From the IMG/VR virus record IMGVR_UViG_3300045771_000049, positions 64,001 through 128,000 of that record: a stretch of 64,000 bases of DNA; one strand, given 5' to 3'. Position numbers and translations under genes: made by a program. The DNA is from a virus. Taxonomy: Duplodnaviria > Caudoviricetes. Position 1 is the first letter of the stretch. Each line of letters opens with the position of its first letter. The notes under the pieces were generated by a model. It worked only from the letters and a program-made list of their open reading frames with translations. It was not told where the DNA came from and ran no database searches. This document shows, piece after piece, positions 40,143 to 49,802 of the stretch.

Positions 40143-40634
40143 ATGCGCGACCTGATCAATATCGTCGAGAACGCCGAACGATCATTGCCCCTGGCCATCG
40201 GCTGGGATTTCGACAACACCTTGATCGATGCGCCGACTTCGCCCGTGCTGCACGCGTTCATTGTCGAGCATCCCGAGATACGCCATTGCATCGTCACCTT
40301 TCGCACGCATGGCATGCGCGCTGCCATCTGGGAGGATTTGGAACGTTATCCCACAGCCCCCGCACCCGGCATGTTCGAGGCTGTGTTCAGCATCTCAGAT
40401 GAGGCATGGATGGCAAACGAGGTCGCCCTGCACCAGCGCCGCCGTGGCAAGTTGACCGGCCCCTGGACACCGGCTGAAATGTATTATCGTTCCTGGAAAG
40501 CTTTGACCTGCCTGAAGCACGGATTGTCTGTGTTGGTAGATGATGATCTCGCGACGTGCCAGGAAGGGTGTGATAAACACGCGATCAAATTGGTGCATCC
40601 CGACGCCTTTGTACATCCACACCCATTTGGCTAA
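40143..40634 (+). CDS. HAD-like phosphatase with leader
   Basis: Leader MRDLINIVE; motif I WDFDNT; IVTFR; WK..VLVDD. Confidence 0.7.
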   Translation: MRDLINIVENAERSLPLAIGWDFDNTLIDAPTSPVLHAFIVEHPEIRHCIVTFRTHGMRAAIWEDLERYPTAPAPGMFEAVFSISDEAWMANEVALHQRRRGKLTGPWTPAEMYYRSWKALTCLKHGLSVLVDDDLATCQEGCDKHAIKLVHPDAFVHPHPFG

Positions 40635-41024
40635 TCAGTGTACTTTCTGCCGTAGGTATTGCTCCCAGGTATGAAAGTCGTCCCAAAACTCGGCCATGCT
40701 GTGTTCGCGCAGAATGATCGGATGGCCCTGCTGGCGCGCTTGACAAGCCTTTATCAATTCGAGCGATTCGGGCATCAGCCGGGCGAAATCAACTTTACGT
40801 CTCGCCAACGCTTCGCCCACCCAAACCAGAAACCGGCAGGCTTCTGGAATGTCGAACAATTCAAGATCAGTATCGTCGTAGCCGCCCACATAGAGCGCGA
40901 TGCCCAAGTTGGGTCCGCTATTTTCCAGCAAGACCGCGACTTCGCGCGCGCTGCGCTCAGCCTGCGCTCGATCCAGGCGGCCTTTCCGTCCCAGCACATG
41001 CTGATGCAGAATGAATTTTTTCAT
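40635..41024 (-). CDS. hypothetical protein
   Basis: GAGG RBS; GYDD..ELFDIPE. Confidence 0.5.
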   Translation of the reverse strand: MKKFILHQHVLGRKGRLDRAQAERSAREVAVLLENSGPNLGIALYVGGYDDTDLELFDIPEACRFLVWVGEALARRKVDFARLMPESLELIKACQARQQGHPIILREHSMAEFWDDFHTWEQYLRQKVH

Positions 41025-41025
41025 G

Positions 41026-41718
41026 TCAGTCCCTCTGGTTTGGGAGATCGATGGCGATGTTATGGTCGGCGGCAAATTCGAAATAACCAACTCTTCGCAG
41101 CACTTCTGGTCGATGGTTCAGTTGCGCTTTTGACAGGACTCGTGTCCAGGTGTCCTCATGTGCGGAAGTGGAAAAATTCTCCGCCCGATATACATGCGCG
41201 TGACGCAACCAATAATGCACCACGCTGGGCAACGTCGCGCCCTGACGCAGAATAGCCGAAAAATCCATCGGCTCTGGTGCGACAAAGGCGCCGATCTCGA
41301 TCCGTCGCAGTCGCCACCGCTGCTCGCGGCGATCGCAGATCAAGGACAGATAGCGACTATCGGGCAATACTTTGGCCTTAACGACCCGCGATACGTAACG
41401 GCGATTGCGCTTTCGACTGAACAACGTGTCATCGTCGGGTTTGATCGGGCGTGTTTTGACCACCGTGGTTTGACCGATCACCCGGTCCATGTTCACCACC
41501 ACGCCGAGATGGTCGCGAAGCTCGCGCGCTTCGGACAGATCGGCGCGCTGCCATGCTTCGCTGACCAGTCCTTGCAGCCCGTCGGGCACATTGGATGTCG
41601 CATCGAGAAGCAAATCAGGTTTACTGATGGCGGGAACTTTCCTGCTATGATCAGACTCCAGCATTTGACAGACTCCGAATTTGCAATCGGACGCTAGCAG
41701 AATTTCTCCATTGTGCAA
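41026..41718 (-). CDS. hypothetical protein
   Basis: 230-aa ORF; APEP..YW..HA. Confidence 0.5.
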   Translation of the reverse strand: MHNGEILLASDCKFGVCQMLESDHSRKVPAISKPDLLLDATSNVPDGLQGLVSEAWQRADLSEARELRDHLGVVVNMDRVIGQTTVVKTRPIKPDDDTLFSRKRNRRYVSRVVKAKVLPDSRYLSLICDRREQRWRLRRIEIGAFVAPEPMDFSAILRQGATLPSVVHYWLRHAHVYRAENFSTSAHEDTWTRVLSKAQLNHRPEVLRRVGYFEFAADHNIAIDLPNQRD

Positions 41719-41903
41719 GATGAAATTTTACATCGTGTCGATAGCAGAGCTATAAGCCAGCCACAGACGGTGACGCCGTCCGTGGGCTAATCACGCAGAA
41801 TTCCAGCAGAATCGCTCTACGCCCCGTCCAGGACCGCTGACGAGGCCATAAAGATAAAAGCGCCCGCCTCGATCAAAACGTGCAAGCAACACGATGGGAT
41901 CAG

Positions 41904-43265
41904 TCACTGCCGTGGCAGTCCCGGCGGGATTTGCACGGATGGAGCGTAGAAATTGCGGGTTGCATCAAACGGCGTCGAAGCGGTACGGTTGGAATTCACG
42001 AAGGCGATGATGCCGACGGTCGCGGCAACGACCACAGCGGCGATTGAGAGCAGCGTGGTGGTAGACGCTTGGCTATGACGATCCGCCCCTTGCATGCGGT
42101 CCATGCGCGAGGCGAGGTCGCTGATTTTATCAGTCGTGCTGTTGATCATCGTCACAACCTCGGTGCGCTGGATCATATTACTGGACAGATCGTTTAGCGA
42201 TTGGCGGAACTCGTTGACCGTATTATGCATGGCGAAGCCACCGGCAATGTAGGTTTTGGTGGAGGTGGATAGCTGGGCGATAACTCCGTTGCCGACCAGA
42301 TCAACAGATTTAACAAAGGTCTCGCGATGATTACCGTTGATCGGGCGACCGTCCCAAACGCCATCAGATTTAACCAACAATCTCGGTGGCCGAATTGAAC
42401 CTGATTCCCAGGATGTATCGATTGTCCATAGCTCAGCAGGCCGCATCACCTGATCGTCGATCTGTAAATCACTGGTTTGAACCCAGCGCCACTCGGCTCT
42501 TGATGTGGAAAGTTTAGGCAACACCAACCAAGGATGATGCCCATTGCAACGCACGGAGCCATGGCAGGTAGCAACCTCGAACAGCTTATCTTCCGCTAAG
42601 CTGTTTGCGGTCACAAAGGATTTTCGCAACCGACGACCACGACGCGTCACACTTTCTTCATCGAAACCGATCAGAACGTCGCCAACAACAAGTTCACCGG
42701 CGGGTCGCCACACCAGATCGGCGCATAAAACAGGGGTGCTGGCTTCCACACAATCGAAGCGTTTTTCGACGGCTTGTTCGGCTTTCCGCACCGCTTCGTT
42801 CGAAGCGGTCAGGGCGATGCTTAGTGAATCGGTGGCCGCCTTGGAAATCTGCTCGTTGAATTCCTTGGCCAGTCTGAACCGATCATCCACCGACCGAAAG
42901 CCATTCGTCATCACCTCTCGAAGGACTTGATTGGCCAGCAGCGAAGATTCATTTCCAGCCTTCGCCATTGTCTCGGTCGCGATTTTATTGTAATCAAAGC
43001 GCTCTCTGATAAACGCTGTGGTGAGGTCTTGACGTTCCTGGAGCCGCCGATCGATCTCATCGATGATGGCCCGTCTCGCCTCGTCGATTTGGCCCATCCG
43101 TCGTTCCAGCGTATCAACACGCTCATGGAACGAATGCAGATCATGCGCTTTTAATTCCTTGAGGGCTTCCAAACGTGTGTCGAGATAGACTCGCAAGGAA
43201 TTCACCGTCCAGGTTGCGTCGATTGTAGCACTGGTATCGTTCAGCGCCGGATTGGGCTCGATCAT
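41904..43265 (-). CDS. coiled-coil protein with C-terminal TM, containing a mini-intein
   Basis: Exteins ..KAEQAVEKRFD / TVNEFRQSL..; TM LLSIAAVVVAATVGIIAFV. Confidence 0.8.
   Translation of the reverse strand: MIEPNPALNDTSATIDATWTVNSLRVYLDTRLEALKELKAHDLHSFHERVDTLERRMGQIDEARRAIIDEIDRRLQERQDLTTAFIRERFDYNKIATETMAKAGNESSLLANQVLREVMTNGFRSVDDRFRLAKEFNEQISKAATDSLSIALTASNEAVRKAEQAVEKRFDCVEASTPVLCADLVWRPAGELVVGDVLIGFDEESVTRRGRRLRKSFVTANSLAEDKLFEVATCHGSVRCNGHHPWLVLPKLSTSRAEWRWVQTSDLQIDDQVMRPAELWTIDTSWESGSIRPPRLLVKSDGVWDGRPINGNHRETFVKSVDLVGNGVIAQLSTSTKTYIAGGFAMHNTVNEFRQSLNDLSSNMIQRTEVVTMINSTTDKISDLASRMDRMQGADRHSQASTTTLLSIAAVVVAATVGIIAFVNSNRTASTPFDATRNFYAPSVQIPPGLPRQ
42222..42752 (-). mobile_element. 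mini-intein (177 aa)
   Basis: Starts CVEASTPVLCAD; block B CNGHHPW; ends YIAGGFAMHN followed by Thr. Confidence 0.88.
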
Positions 43266-43276
43266 TTCGATTCAGC

Positions 43277-44194
43277 CTAAACGTTATCGTCTGGCATGAC
43301 GATCCCCCGGCGCTTGGTGCGGCTAACCGCGCTCTTGTGTAACGCCCGCGCGCCGGGCGTGCCGGAGGCCATGAGGGCGTTCCAGCCCTGGGTGGTGGGA
43401 TTGACCGGGAAGACGCCGATATAGCCGCCCAGCAGCAACTCAAACGGTTTACGGATCAGATTACAATGATCAAACTGGGTCGAATTCGGTGTACGGAACC
43501 CCTCGAACCATGCAGGATAGACGAAATCAGACACCAGGATGCCGTTAATCTCATAGCCGAACGAGTCGTCTTCGCAGGCATCAGCCACTTCGGTGGCGTA
43601 AAGTGTACCGGTGGTGTCAGTGAGTTGATTAAACACAGTATTATTACAGTAGGGATCGACTAATAATTCCATGAGTTCGTGCGACACGGTAACCGTCCAA
43701 GACAAACCGTAATGAATATCGTCCTTGGCGAACACCCGGCCGAGTGGTGTGCCGGTGGCGGTGATATCGTGGTAACCGAGGGCGCCTGCTTGATCGCTGG
43801 TGTCCATGATCGCGATCACCCAGGCATCGGAGGCGGGGACGGCATTCGTCGGCACTGCAACAAGGCTGGCGGCGATTTTCCAGACCGGCGTAAAGTCGCG
43901 ATCGAGTTGAATTTGCAGCACCGCGACCAGGGCCGCGATTTGTGCATCGGTTACCATGGTGCTGTGATTGATAAACGCCACGGTCGGCCCAGTGATCCGG
44001 GTCTTGGTCGAAAGTGTGTTGACTGGGAGTGCGGCCACGATGGCAGCGGGTGCGGTCACCACTGGTGCACTGACAGTTGGTGACGTTATTACCTGGGCAA
44101 AAGGGTTCACTGGCGCGCCGGTCGGCAGGCCGGTAAGACAGTCCACGAATTTGTCGAACATCGATTTTAAGGATGACATGAAAGCCCCTGACAT
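43277..44194 (-). CDS. putative Zn metallopeptidase
   Basis: GALGYH, SHELMELLVDP, EVADAC, VSDFV.P.WF; promoter 44205-44210. Confidence 0.65.
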   Translation of the reverse strand: MSGAFMSSLKSMFDKFVDCLTGLPTGAPVNPFAQVITSPTVSAPVVTAPAAIVAALPVNTLSTKTRITGPTVAFINHSTMVTDAQIAALVAVLQIQLDRDFTPVWKIAASLVAVPTNAVPASDAWVIAIMDTSDQAGALGYHDITATGTPLGRVFAKDDIHYGLSWTVTVSHELMELLVDPYCNNTVFNQLTDTTGTLYATEVADACEDDSFGYEINGILVSDFVYPAWFEGFRTPNSTQFDHCNLIRKPFELLLGGYIGVFPVNPTTQGWNALMASGTPGARALHKSAVSRTKRRGIVMPDDNV

Positions 44195-44260
44195 TGGTGT
44201 CCGGTATTTAGGCCGACCAAAATCACCGGGCTGAGTTCATCGCCGCCTCTAAATACTTTG

Positions 44261-44563
44261 ATGAGCAGCCATTTTCTCTATGTTATCGCACCCAAGGCCG
44301 GGATTGCGCCGTGCAAGATCGGCATCAGCAAGGACCCGGATCGCCGCGTCAAGCAACTCCAGACCGGATTTCCTGAGCGGCTGATGGTGCATTACCGCGA
44401 GCCGGTCCCGCCAGACCGCGCCCGTTTTTATGAGCGCCAGCTTCTGCGTGAGATGAATCACCTGCGAACCCATGGGGAATGGCTGGACCTTTCGGTGGAG
44501 ACCGCGATCCAGATCATGCAATGGGTGCTGATCCATTATGCCGATGCTCCGGTTCCAGTGTGA
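44261..44563 (+). CDS. GIY-YIG (T5orf172/MUG113-like) nuclease
   Basis: FLYVI..KIGISKDPDRRVKQLQTG..E..GEW; TAAATA 44250-44255. Confidence 0.85.
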   Translation: MSSHFLYVIAPKAGIAPCKIGISKDPDRRVKQLQTGFPERLMVHYREPVPPDRARFYERQLLREMNHLRTHGEWLDLSVETAIQIMQWVLIHYADAPVPV

Positions 44564-44598
44564 TGGACCGAAAGGTAATGATGGTTTAGACTTGCTGG

Positions 44599-44886
44599 TT
44601 GAGGAGGCCAACCAGTATGTTCTGGACGCTAACCTGGAGTTGCTTTATGCCTCTTGTATTAGGTGCTGCCGTGCGAATCTACGCGGATGACGATAGTTTC
44701 GATGAAGGGGCGGTATGCCAAATTTCTGACTGTTACATCGACGTCGAATTTTATGATTGGCAGCAACGCTGGCCGACCGGCGCGTTGCGGCAGCTTCTCA
44801 CATGGCCCGATCAGCGCCAAGTGTTGTGCCCATCTACCGATGGCGAGGTGATCCGGACTTTTTTGAGTCATCGGCGGATCGGATAG
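44599..44886 (+). CDS. hypothetical protein
   Basis: Short ORF; start uncertain. Confidence 0.4.
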   Translation: MRRPTSMFWTLTWSCFMPLVLGAAVRIYADDDSFDEGAVCQISDCYIDVEFYDWQQRWPTGALRQLLTWPDQRQVLCPSTDGEVIRTFLSHRRIG

Positions 44887-44903
44887 AGTGCTTTACGATA
44901 AGT

Positions 44904-44948
44904 GCGGCAGAAAGCCCCGAGGTCTTTAGCCTCGGGGATGAATGCCGC
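44904..44948 (-). mobile_element. solo IS200/IS605-type end hairpin
   Basis: Minus strand GCGGCATTCATCCCCGAGGCTAAAGACCTCGGGGCTTTCTGCCGC; same CCCC..CTAAAG..GGGGCTT core as 6404. Confidence 0.6.
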
Positions 44949-45075
44949 TTATTGAAACATATTGCACTCAAATAATAACTCGTGCTAATCTTGGAATTCG
45001 CGGCACGGGAGGATTATGAACACACAGTGATCGCGATTGGTGCCATTCGAAATCGAACGCCGCGTTAAGCGGCAA

Positions 45076-45396
45076 TCAACTCCACGATAAGCGAAACAGG
45101 CATGCGTCAGAATTATCGAAAAATTCGATCATCAGCCCGGCGAATACGAAGTCACGGGTTTGGATCGCTTCGAGGCTGTAGCGTCCGAACACCTGATAGC
45201 CGAATTGGTTGTTGCCGTCTTCGTGCAACCAATTGCGGATCGCCAAAATTGGCAGCGTGGAATGTAACGGCAGAAATACGTCCAGTGGTGATTCATGCCG
45301 GATGAAGCCATGAACATTGAAATCCAAGGCGGCGCGCGGCTCAACGAGGCCGCGATGCGCCAGCCGCCAGTTGATCGGTACATCATGCGTCAACAT
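45076..45396 (-). CDS. hypothetical protein
   Basis: Ends F.D..DA.LFRLSW, a pattern seen in small jumbo-phage ORFs. Confidence 0.5.
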   Translation of the reverse strand: MLTHDVPINWRLAHRGLVEPRAALDFNVHGFIRHESPLDVFLPLHSTLPILAIRNWLHEDGNNQFGYQVFGRYSLEAIQTRDFVFAGLMIEFFDNSDACLFRLSWS

Positions 45397-45411
45397 GACC
45401 GGGCGCTTTTG

Positions 45412-46143
45412 TTAGAAGGCGAGCAACAACGCTCGGGTATCGTGGTCTGAGTGCACCAGCAGATTATCCCCGAGCATAGCGGCGTGCCAGTTTTCACCAA
45501 GAATGCGAGCGATGCGATTGGTTTTTGCAATGCTGCGGAGGGTCATTTGCAGCGGTCCGCCATGTTCAGCCAGCAGTTTGCGCCCACGGCCAAAGCCGAG
45601 AATTTGTAAAACAAGTTTCTCTCCATTGCCTTCGATCAGCAGGATATCGCCATCAACCTCGGCACGCCGTAAGCCGGTGGTGCCCAGAAATTCCATAATA
45701 TCCCGCTGCTGTCCGGTCTGTTTTAACTGTTTCAGCATCTTGGTCAAGCGATCTTCTGAAAACGGCACCAGACTTTTGAACTTACGAACCCGCATGGCCC
45801 ATTCATCGATACTTGCCAATGCAATCATTTCATGCAGCATCGCAGCAACATTCTCGGCGAGGCGATCATTGTTCATAAATTCGACGAAGACCATGAAATA
45901 CCCGTGCTGATCGGGCGCGGGTGACACCTCAGTGCCGAGCAACGGCAGGGCGGATTTCTGCACGAAACGATTGAGATCATTCGCGGCATTTTCATCCTGC
46001 ACGTAAAACCCGATGACAATGGCCTGCGATTTGTCGATCCGGGATTCATATTCGTCCACCGAAATCATTGGCAGTACCAAATCAGCCAGATCACCCTCGC
46101 GTAGCCCCTCTCTGAGAGGGGCTTTTGTCTTCGTCATCGTCAT
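45412..46143 (-). CDS. conserved large-myovirus protein
   Basis: EGLREGDL.DLV.P.ISVDEY..IVIGFYV..A.DL.RF; promoter 46161-46166. Confidence 0.65.
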   Translation of the reverse strand: MTMTKTKAPLREGLREGDLADLVLPMISVDEYESRIDKSQAIVIGFYVQDENAANDLNRFVQKSALPLLGTEVSPAPDQHGYFMVFVEFMNNDRLAENVAAMLHEMIALASIDEWAMRVRKFKSLVPFSEDRLTKMLKQLKQTGQQRDIMEFLGTTGLRRAEVDGDILLIEGNGEKLVLQILGFGRGRKLLAEHGGPLQMTLRSIAKTNRIARILGENWHAAMLGDNLLVHSDHDTRALLLAF

Positions 46144-46183
46144 CGCGTTCTCCTGAGGGTTATTTAGGAACGGACATGACAAT

Positions 46184-46720
46184 TTAGCGGGGTGGGGGCT
46201 TGGCGTTGGGGTCCTCTGGGGGCGCCCCCGGTGCCGCTGGTGGCATATCCTCGGGCGACGGTTCATCCGGGTTTTGTTCATCGCTCTTATACTGCGATTC
46301 GTTGTCCAGACCAGAGTCCTTAGCAGTGGTCACATCATCTGGGTTGACCTCGTCGGCGTAGATTTTCAGATCGTTCTCCTGATCCTGATCCAGCAGGCGA
46401 CGCGGTATCGAGATGGTGATGAGCCAATCAGATTGTTTTGCAGTTTCGCCGCCCTTCCCGTCTTGCCGTTTCTCGCGATTATACTCGACCTCGACCCCGT
46501 GCTTTAACAGGCGAAGAGCGGCACGCGGATCGGGCATTTTGTTATACGGATACCGCAGCGAAAAGGTGGTCCAGTAACGCCGCACCACCGGCCCATCGAC
46601 CACCTCGCCGGTGAGCCAGTTGGCGAACGAATACACATCCAACCCGTCGAGAACGTTTTCCATGGAAATGAGTATGTCGAGCAAATGATCCGAATCGGCA
46701 ATTAGTTCAAGGTCAATCAT
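46184..46720 (-). CDS. conserved large-myovirus protein
   Basis: LD.LDVY.F.NW..GEVVDGP.V.RYW, MPDP; promoter 46726-46731. Confidence 0.65.
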   Translation of the reverse strand: MIDLELIADSDHLLDILISMENVLDGLDVYSFANWLTGEVVDGPVVRRYWTTFSLRYPYNKMPDPRAALRLLKHGVEVEYNREKRQDGKGGETAKQSDWLITISIPRRLLDQDQENDLKIYADEVNPDDVTTAKDSGLDNESQYKSDEQNPDEPSPEDMPPAAPGAPPEDPNAKPPPR

Positions 46721-46743
46721 AATCATATTTAGTCATTTGCGTG

Positions 46744-47280
46744 TCAGGCTGCTGGAAGTAACGGCATCAGGCTCGCGGTTGGCACAAAAAACGCCGGAGG
46801 GCGTCCGCCATAACTCTCTAGCCAGCCGGGCATTTTCGCATCGCGCCCCTCAATATAACCATGGACCACGAGAACAGGTGGATCGAGATCGAAATTCGCG
46901 GTGACATGGACAAAAAACTCATTGTCTTTGTCATTGGGGCGCACCAAGAGGTCATATGCGACCTTGGATCGGGTGCGGACCTGGACGCAATCCAAGATGT
47001 CGGGCGCTTTAAATGTGTTTACCGATCCGCTCCAGGGTACCCCTAGGATATGGGCGACCGCCGCTTCGCCCAGTGCGCCGAGAAAATGAATCCGAAACCC
47101 ATTGCCACGGAACCCATGTTTATCCGGCCGGTGGGCCAGCACAGCCTCGTCCTGTCGCCGATGGGCGATGTGACGGACCAGTTCCAATTCCGCATGTTCG
47201 ATCACCCCTCGAACCGCGCCATCGGGTGTTGTGAAATCAATCGCCGTGGCGTGATCGAGCGGGCTTAAATTGTCTGTCAT
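46744..47280 (-). CDS. hypothetical protein, possible PD-(D/E)XK fold
   Basis: GALGEAAVA..PD....QVRTR. Confidence 0.5.
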   Translation of the reverse strand: MTDNLSPLDHATAIDFTTPDGAVRGVIEHAELELVRHIAHRRQDEAVLAHRPDKHGFRGNGFRIHFLGALGEAAVAHILGVPWSGSVNTFKAPDILDCVQVRTRSKVAYDLLVRPNDKDNEFFVHVTANFDLDPPVLVVHGYIEGRDAKMPGWLESYGGRPPAFFVPTASLMPLLPAA

Positions 47281-47342
47281 TGGACACCTAACATTGAATA
47301 CACCGACGATTTAGCCGACCAAACGGGAGGCTAAATCGTTTA

Positions 47343-47831
47343 ATGGACAACCTTGAAAATGAGCTTATCCCGCCGCAAGAGCGATCCTTGGCGCGGGACC
47401 ATGTAATGCTGAATATCGCCCATGAGATCGCCCGATTGGGCACTTGTAAGCGGCGACAAGTTGGTGCGGTTGCGGTCGATCGCTATCACCGGGTCATGGC
47501 GATCGCCCATAACGGGCTGCCGAAGGATTACCCGCACTGTGCCGACTTCGCTTGTGGAGGCGCCTTCTACCCGAGCGGCACCCATCTAGAAGCTTGCGAA
47601 GCGATCCACGCAGAAGCCAATCTGCTGACGTTTGTGGCCGATATCATGCGAATTGACACGGTCTACCTGACCCATTCCCCGTGCCGTACCTGTATCAAGT
47701 CGCTGGCCAACACCAGTTGTCGGCGGCTAGTGTTTGCGGCCGAGTATCCGCATCCCGAGGCGCAGGAATATTGGTTGCGGATACCCGGCCGCTCGTGGGA
47801 ACTGTTTAGCCGTCAATCACCTCAAAGATAA
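47343..47831 (+). CDS. dCMP deaminase
   Basis: CKRRQVGA, NG.P, HAEAN, SPCRTC. Confidence 0.92.
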   Translation: MDNLENELIPPQERSLARDHVMLNIAHEIARLGTCKRRQVGAVAVDRYHRVMAIAHNGLPKDYPHCADFACGGAFYPSGTHLEACEAIHAEANLLTFVADIMRIDTVYLTHSPCRTCIKSLANTSCRRLVFAAEYPHPEAQEYWLRIPGRSWELFSRQSPQR

Positions 47832-48507
47832 TCGCCTCGGCAGCCTCGTCGGACAGGGGTTCGACGTGCGGGGGACGCTCGCCAGGACGGGGCTGGTCCT
47901 GCAACACCCGCGCCACGTCGGCCACGGTCACCACACGGCCGGACAGCCATGGTCCCGATAAGACCGCCTTCTGCGGGAATAAGCGATGCTGGATGGCTCT
48001 GATATCGTCGGTCAGAGCCATCGCGCGCGGGATGATCTGGTGCAGGTCCCATTCACTGAGCACCGGCAGATTGGCCTTGATCTGTTCGATCGCCCGTTTG
48101 GTTTGTAGATAACGCTTATGCGACAGAGCGGCCTGCTCGTACGCGATCAGGTGCAGATATTCCGTGGCATCGTCAGGTTTGGAGGACAAGTGCGACAAGT
48201 GCTCCAGCCCGATCCATCGACGATCCATCGCCACCAGCTTGAAATAGGGCTGGTCAGGCCGAAAGCCAGCACTGTTGATCGCATCCATAAAGCGGCCACC
48301 AAAAGTGGTGGGTGCAATATCCCCCACATGAACGTTGCGATTACGCGTCATGACGATCGTATCGCCGCGTCCTTCATAGCTGGTTGACTTTAGATAAATC
48401 ATATTGTTTTCAATCTTCACGCGAAGATTTTTGCCATCGCGCTGAAAGAAATTGCGCATTGCTGAATCACTGATATTGAGGCGCGCGATCGGATCGCTGG
48501 ATTTCAT
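47806..48507 (-). CDS. hypothetical early protein
   Basis: TTGACA-16 nt-TATAAA at about 48530-48557; GGAGG RBS before MKSSDP. Confidence 0.5.
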   Translation of the reverse strand: MKSSDPIARLNISDSAMRNFFQRDGKNLRVKIENNMIYLKSTSYEGRGDTIVMTRNRNVHVGDIAPTTFGGRFMDAINSAGFRPDQPYFKLVAMDRRWIGLEHLSHLSSKPDDATEYLHLIAYEQAALSHKRYLQTKRAIEQIKANLPVLSEWDLHQIIPRAMALTDDIRAIQHRLFPQKAVLSGPWLSGRVVTVADVARVLQDQPRPGERPPHVEPLSDEAAEAIIFEVIDG

Positions 48508-48649
48508 TGCAAGGTACCTCCGACCATGATTTATACCAGGACGAAGGCGGCTGTCAACGTTCAGCAGGCACTCCACGACAGCCGTTCCACGGGACAAAAC
48601 ATCACAAATCAGATAGTCGTAGACGCGCTTGGAAGAGGGGCGTTCACAG

Positions 48650-49255
48650 CTATGACATTACCACGCGTATTGTGTAAACCAGTTGGATGCGACGGTTGAG
48701 GGATTTTTGTACCGGATGAAAAATGACATGGCTGAGCAGGAAGCCCGTGCTGAGCGAGCTATTCGGATCGAGTGTACTGAGGCCGAGTTCATCAAAAATA
48801 TAGGTGCCGTTTGCGAGACTGGCGTCATCGAAGGCGGCTTGTCCACTCGGTTCATTGTAGTCGAGCAGACAGGACACCACGACATCTGAATAAGTCAGAT
48901 TTGCGGTGTGATTGACCTGGATGTTGTCATCGTTCGGGTCGGTTACGGCCGGTGAATTGTCGTCGATGTATTTCTGATAGGTCTGGTTGTATAATGTGGC
49001 AGTGAGACCAGTGACATTGGGTGGCAGATAGGCAATGGCGCCGATACTGCTGGTTGAGGAGGCGCCATTGCCGAACACGATCTGCACAAGATGGCCGGTT
49101 GGCGTGGTACGATCCCCCAGCGCCAAGGCCAAAGCATAGCTCATCGCCTCGGGATTGATCGCATTGGCTTTGTCCACAAGCACTTCGCCGGTGTCCGGAT
49201 CGGAAATCATCACGTGACCGGTGAGGTGTAAGCTGATGGTATCAGGTGCTTGCAT
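48650..49255 (-). CDS. conserved virion/baseplate-like protein
   Basis: GHV.I.DP.TGEVLVDK.NAI, IFDELGL, HVIFHPVQKSLNR. Confidence 0.7.
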   Translation of the reverse strand: MQAPDTISLHLTGHVMISDPDTGEVLVDKANAINPEAMSYALALALGDRTTPTGHLVQIVFGNGASSTSSIGAIAYLPPNVTGLTATLYNQTYQKYIDDNSPAVTDPNDDNIQVNHTANLTYSDVVVSCLLDYNEPSGQAAFDDASLANGTYIFDELGLSTLDPNSSLSTGFLLSHVIFHPVQKSLNRRIQLVYTIRVVMS

Positions 49256-49385
49256 CGCGATCCTCCTGCGGCATTGGCGGCGGAAGGTTGTCCCGCCGCC
49301 GCAGCAGAATCTCGTTCGTATCGGGATCGCGAATGCAGATGTGGCCGATCATAATAATCGTGCCGGTATCCAAGGTCGGTTCCAA
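49242..49385 (-). CDS. micro-protein resembling the N-terminus of the downstream gene
   Basis: DTGTIIMIGHICIRDPDTNEILLRRRD; promoter 49413-49418; TTG start. Confidence 0.55.
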   Translation of the reverse strand: MEPTLDTGTIIMIGHICIRDPDTNEILLRRRDNLPPPMPQEDRDAST

Positions 49386-49450
49386 AGCAGTGCCCTTAAA
49401 CTGAATCGATATTATTTATGGCACCGCGTAAACGCCGTCCTTTAGCCGTG

Positions 49451-49774
49451 TTACCGATGGCCCGGCAGCACCAGACTGCTGGTCATTTGGACATAGTTGG
49501 TGGTGACGTTGGCGCCGGTTTTGACCGGGCGAATGCTGAGGCTGCCGAGGGCAAAGGTTAGCGCGGCTTCCGGTTCGATCGATCCCATGACGGGGAAAAA
49601 CGACAACCCGACTTGGCCGTTTTCGACCGGCTGGATCAAGACGGCAATTGGTTTGGCGAGGGTCACGGTTTCGCCGCTTAGGGCGTGCATTCGTCCGACC
49701 ACTTCCTCGCCGCTCGCCAGCTTGATGGTGACGACATCGCCGACACTCGGCGCGGTATTTTTCTCAATCAGCAT
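49451..49774 (-). CDS. Sm-like fold phage protein
   Basis: GDVVTIKLASGEEVVGR..L.KP..Y.QMTS.LVLP; AAGGA RBS. Confidence 0.65.
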   Translation of the reverse strand: MLIEKNTAPSVGDVVTIKLASGEEVVGRMHALSGETVTLAKPIAVLIQPVENGQVGLSFFPVMGSIEPEAALTFALGSLSIRPVKTGANVTTNYVQMTSSLVLPGHR

Positions 49775-49802
49775 GTTCAAATCCTTCTTAGTTGTTTTGT
49801 GC

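Noticed and set aside
44261-44563. GIY-YIG as an intron-encoded homing endonuclease
   Set aside because: Free-standing with its own promoter; flanking genes are not interrupted
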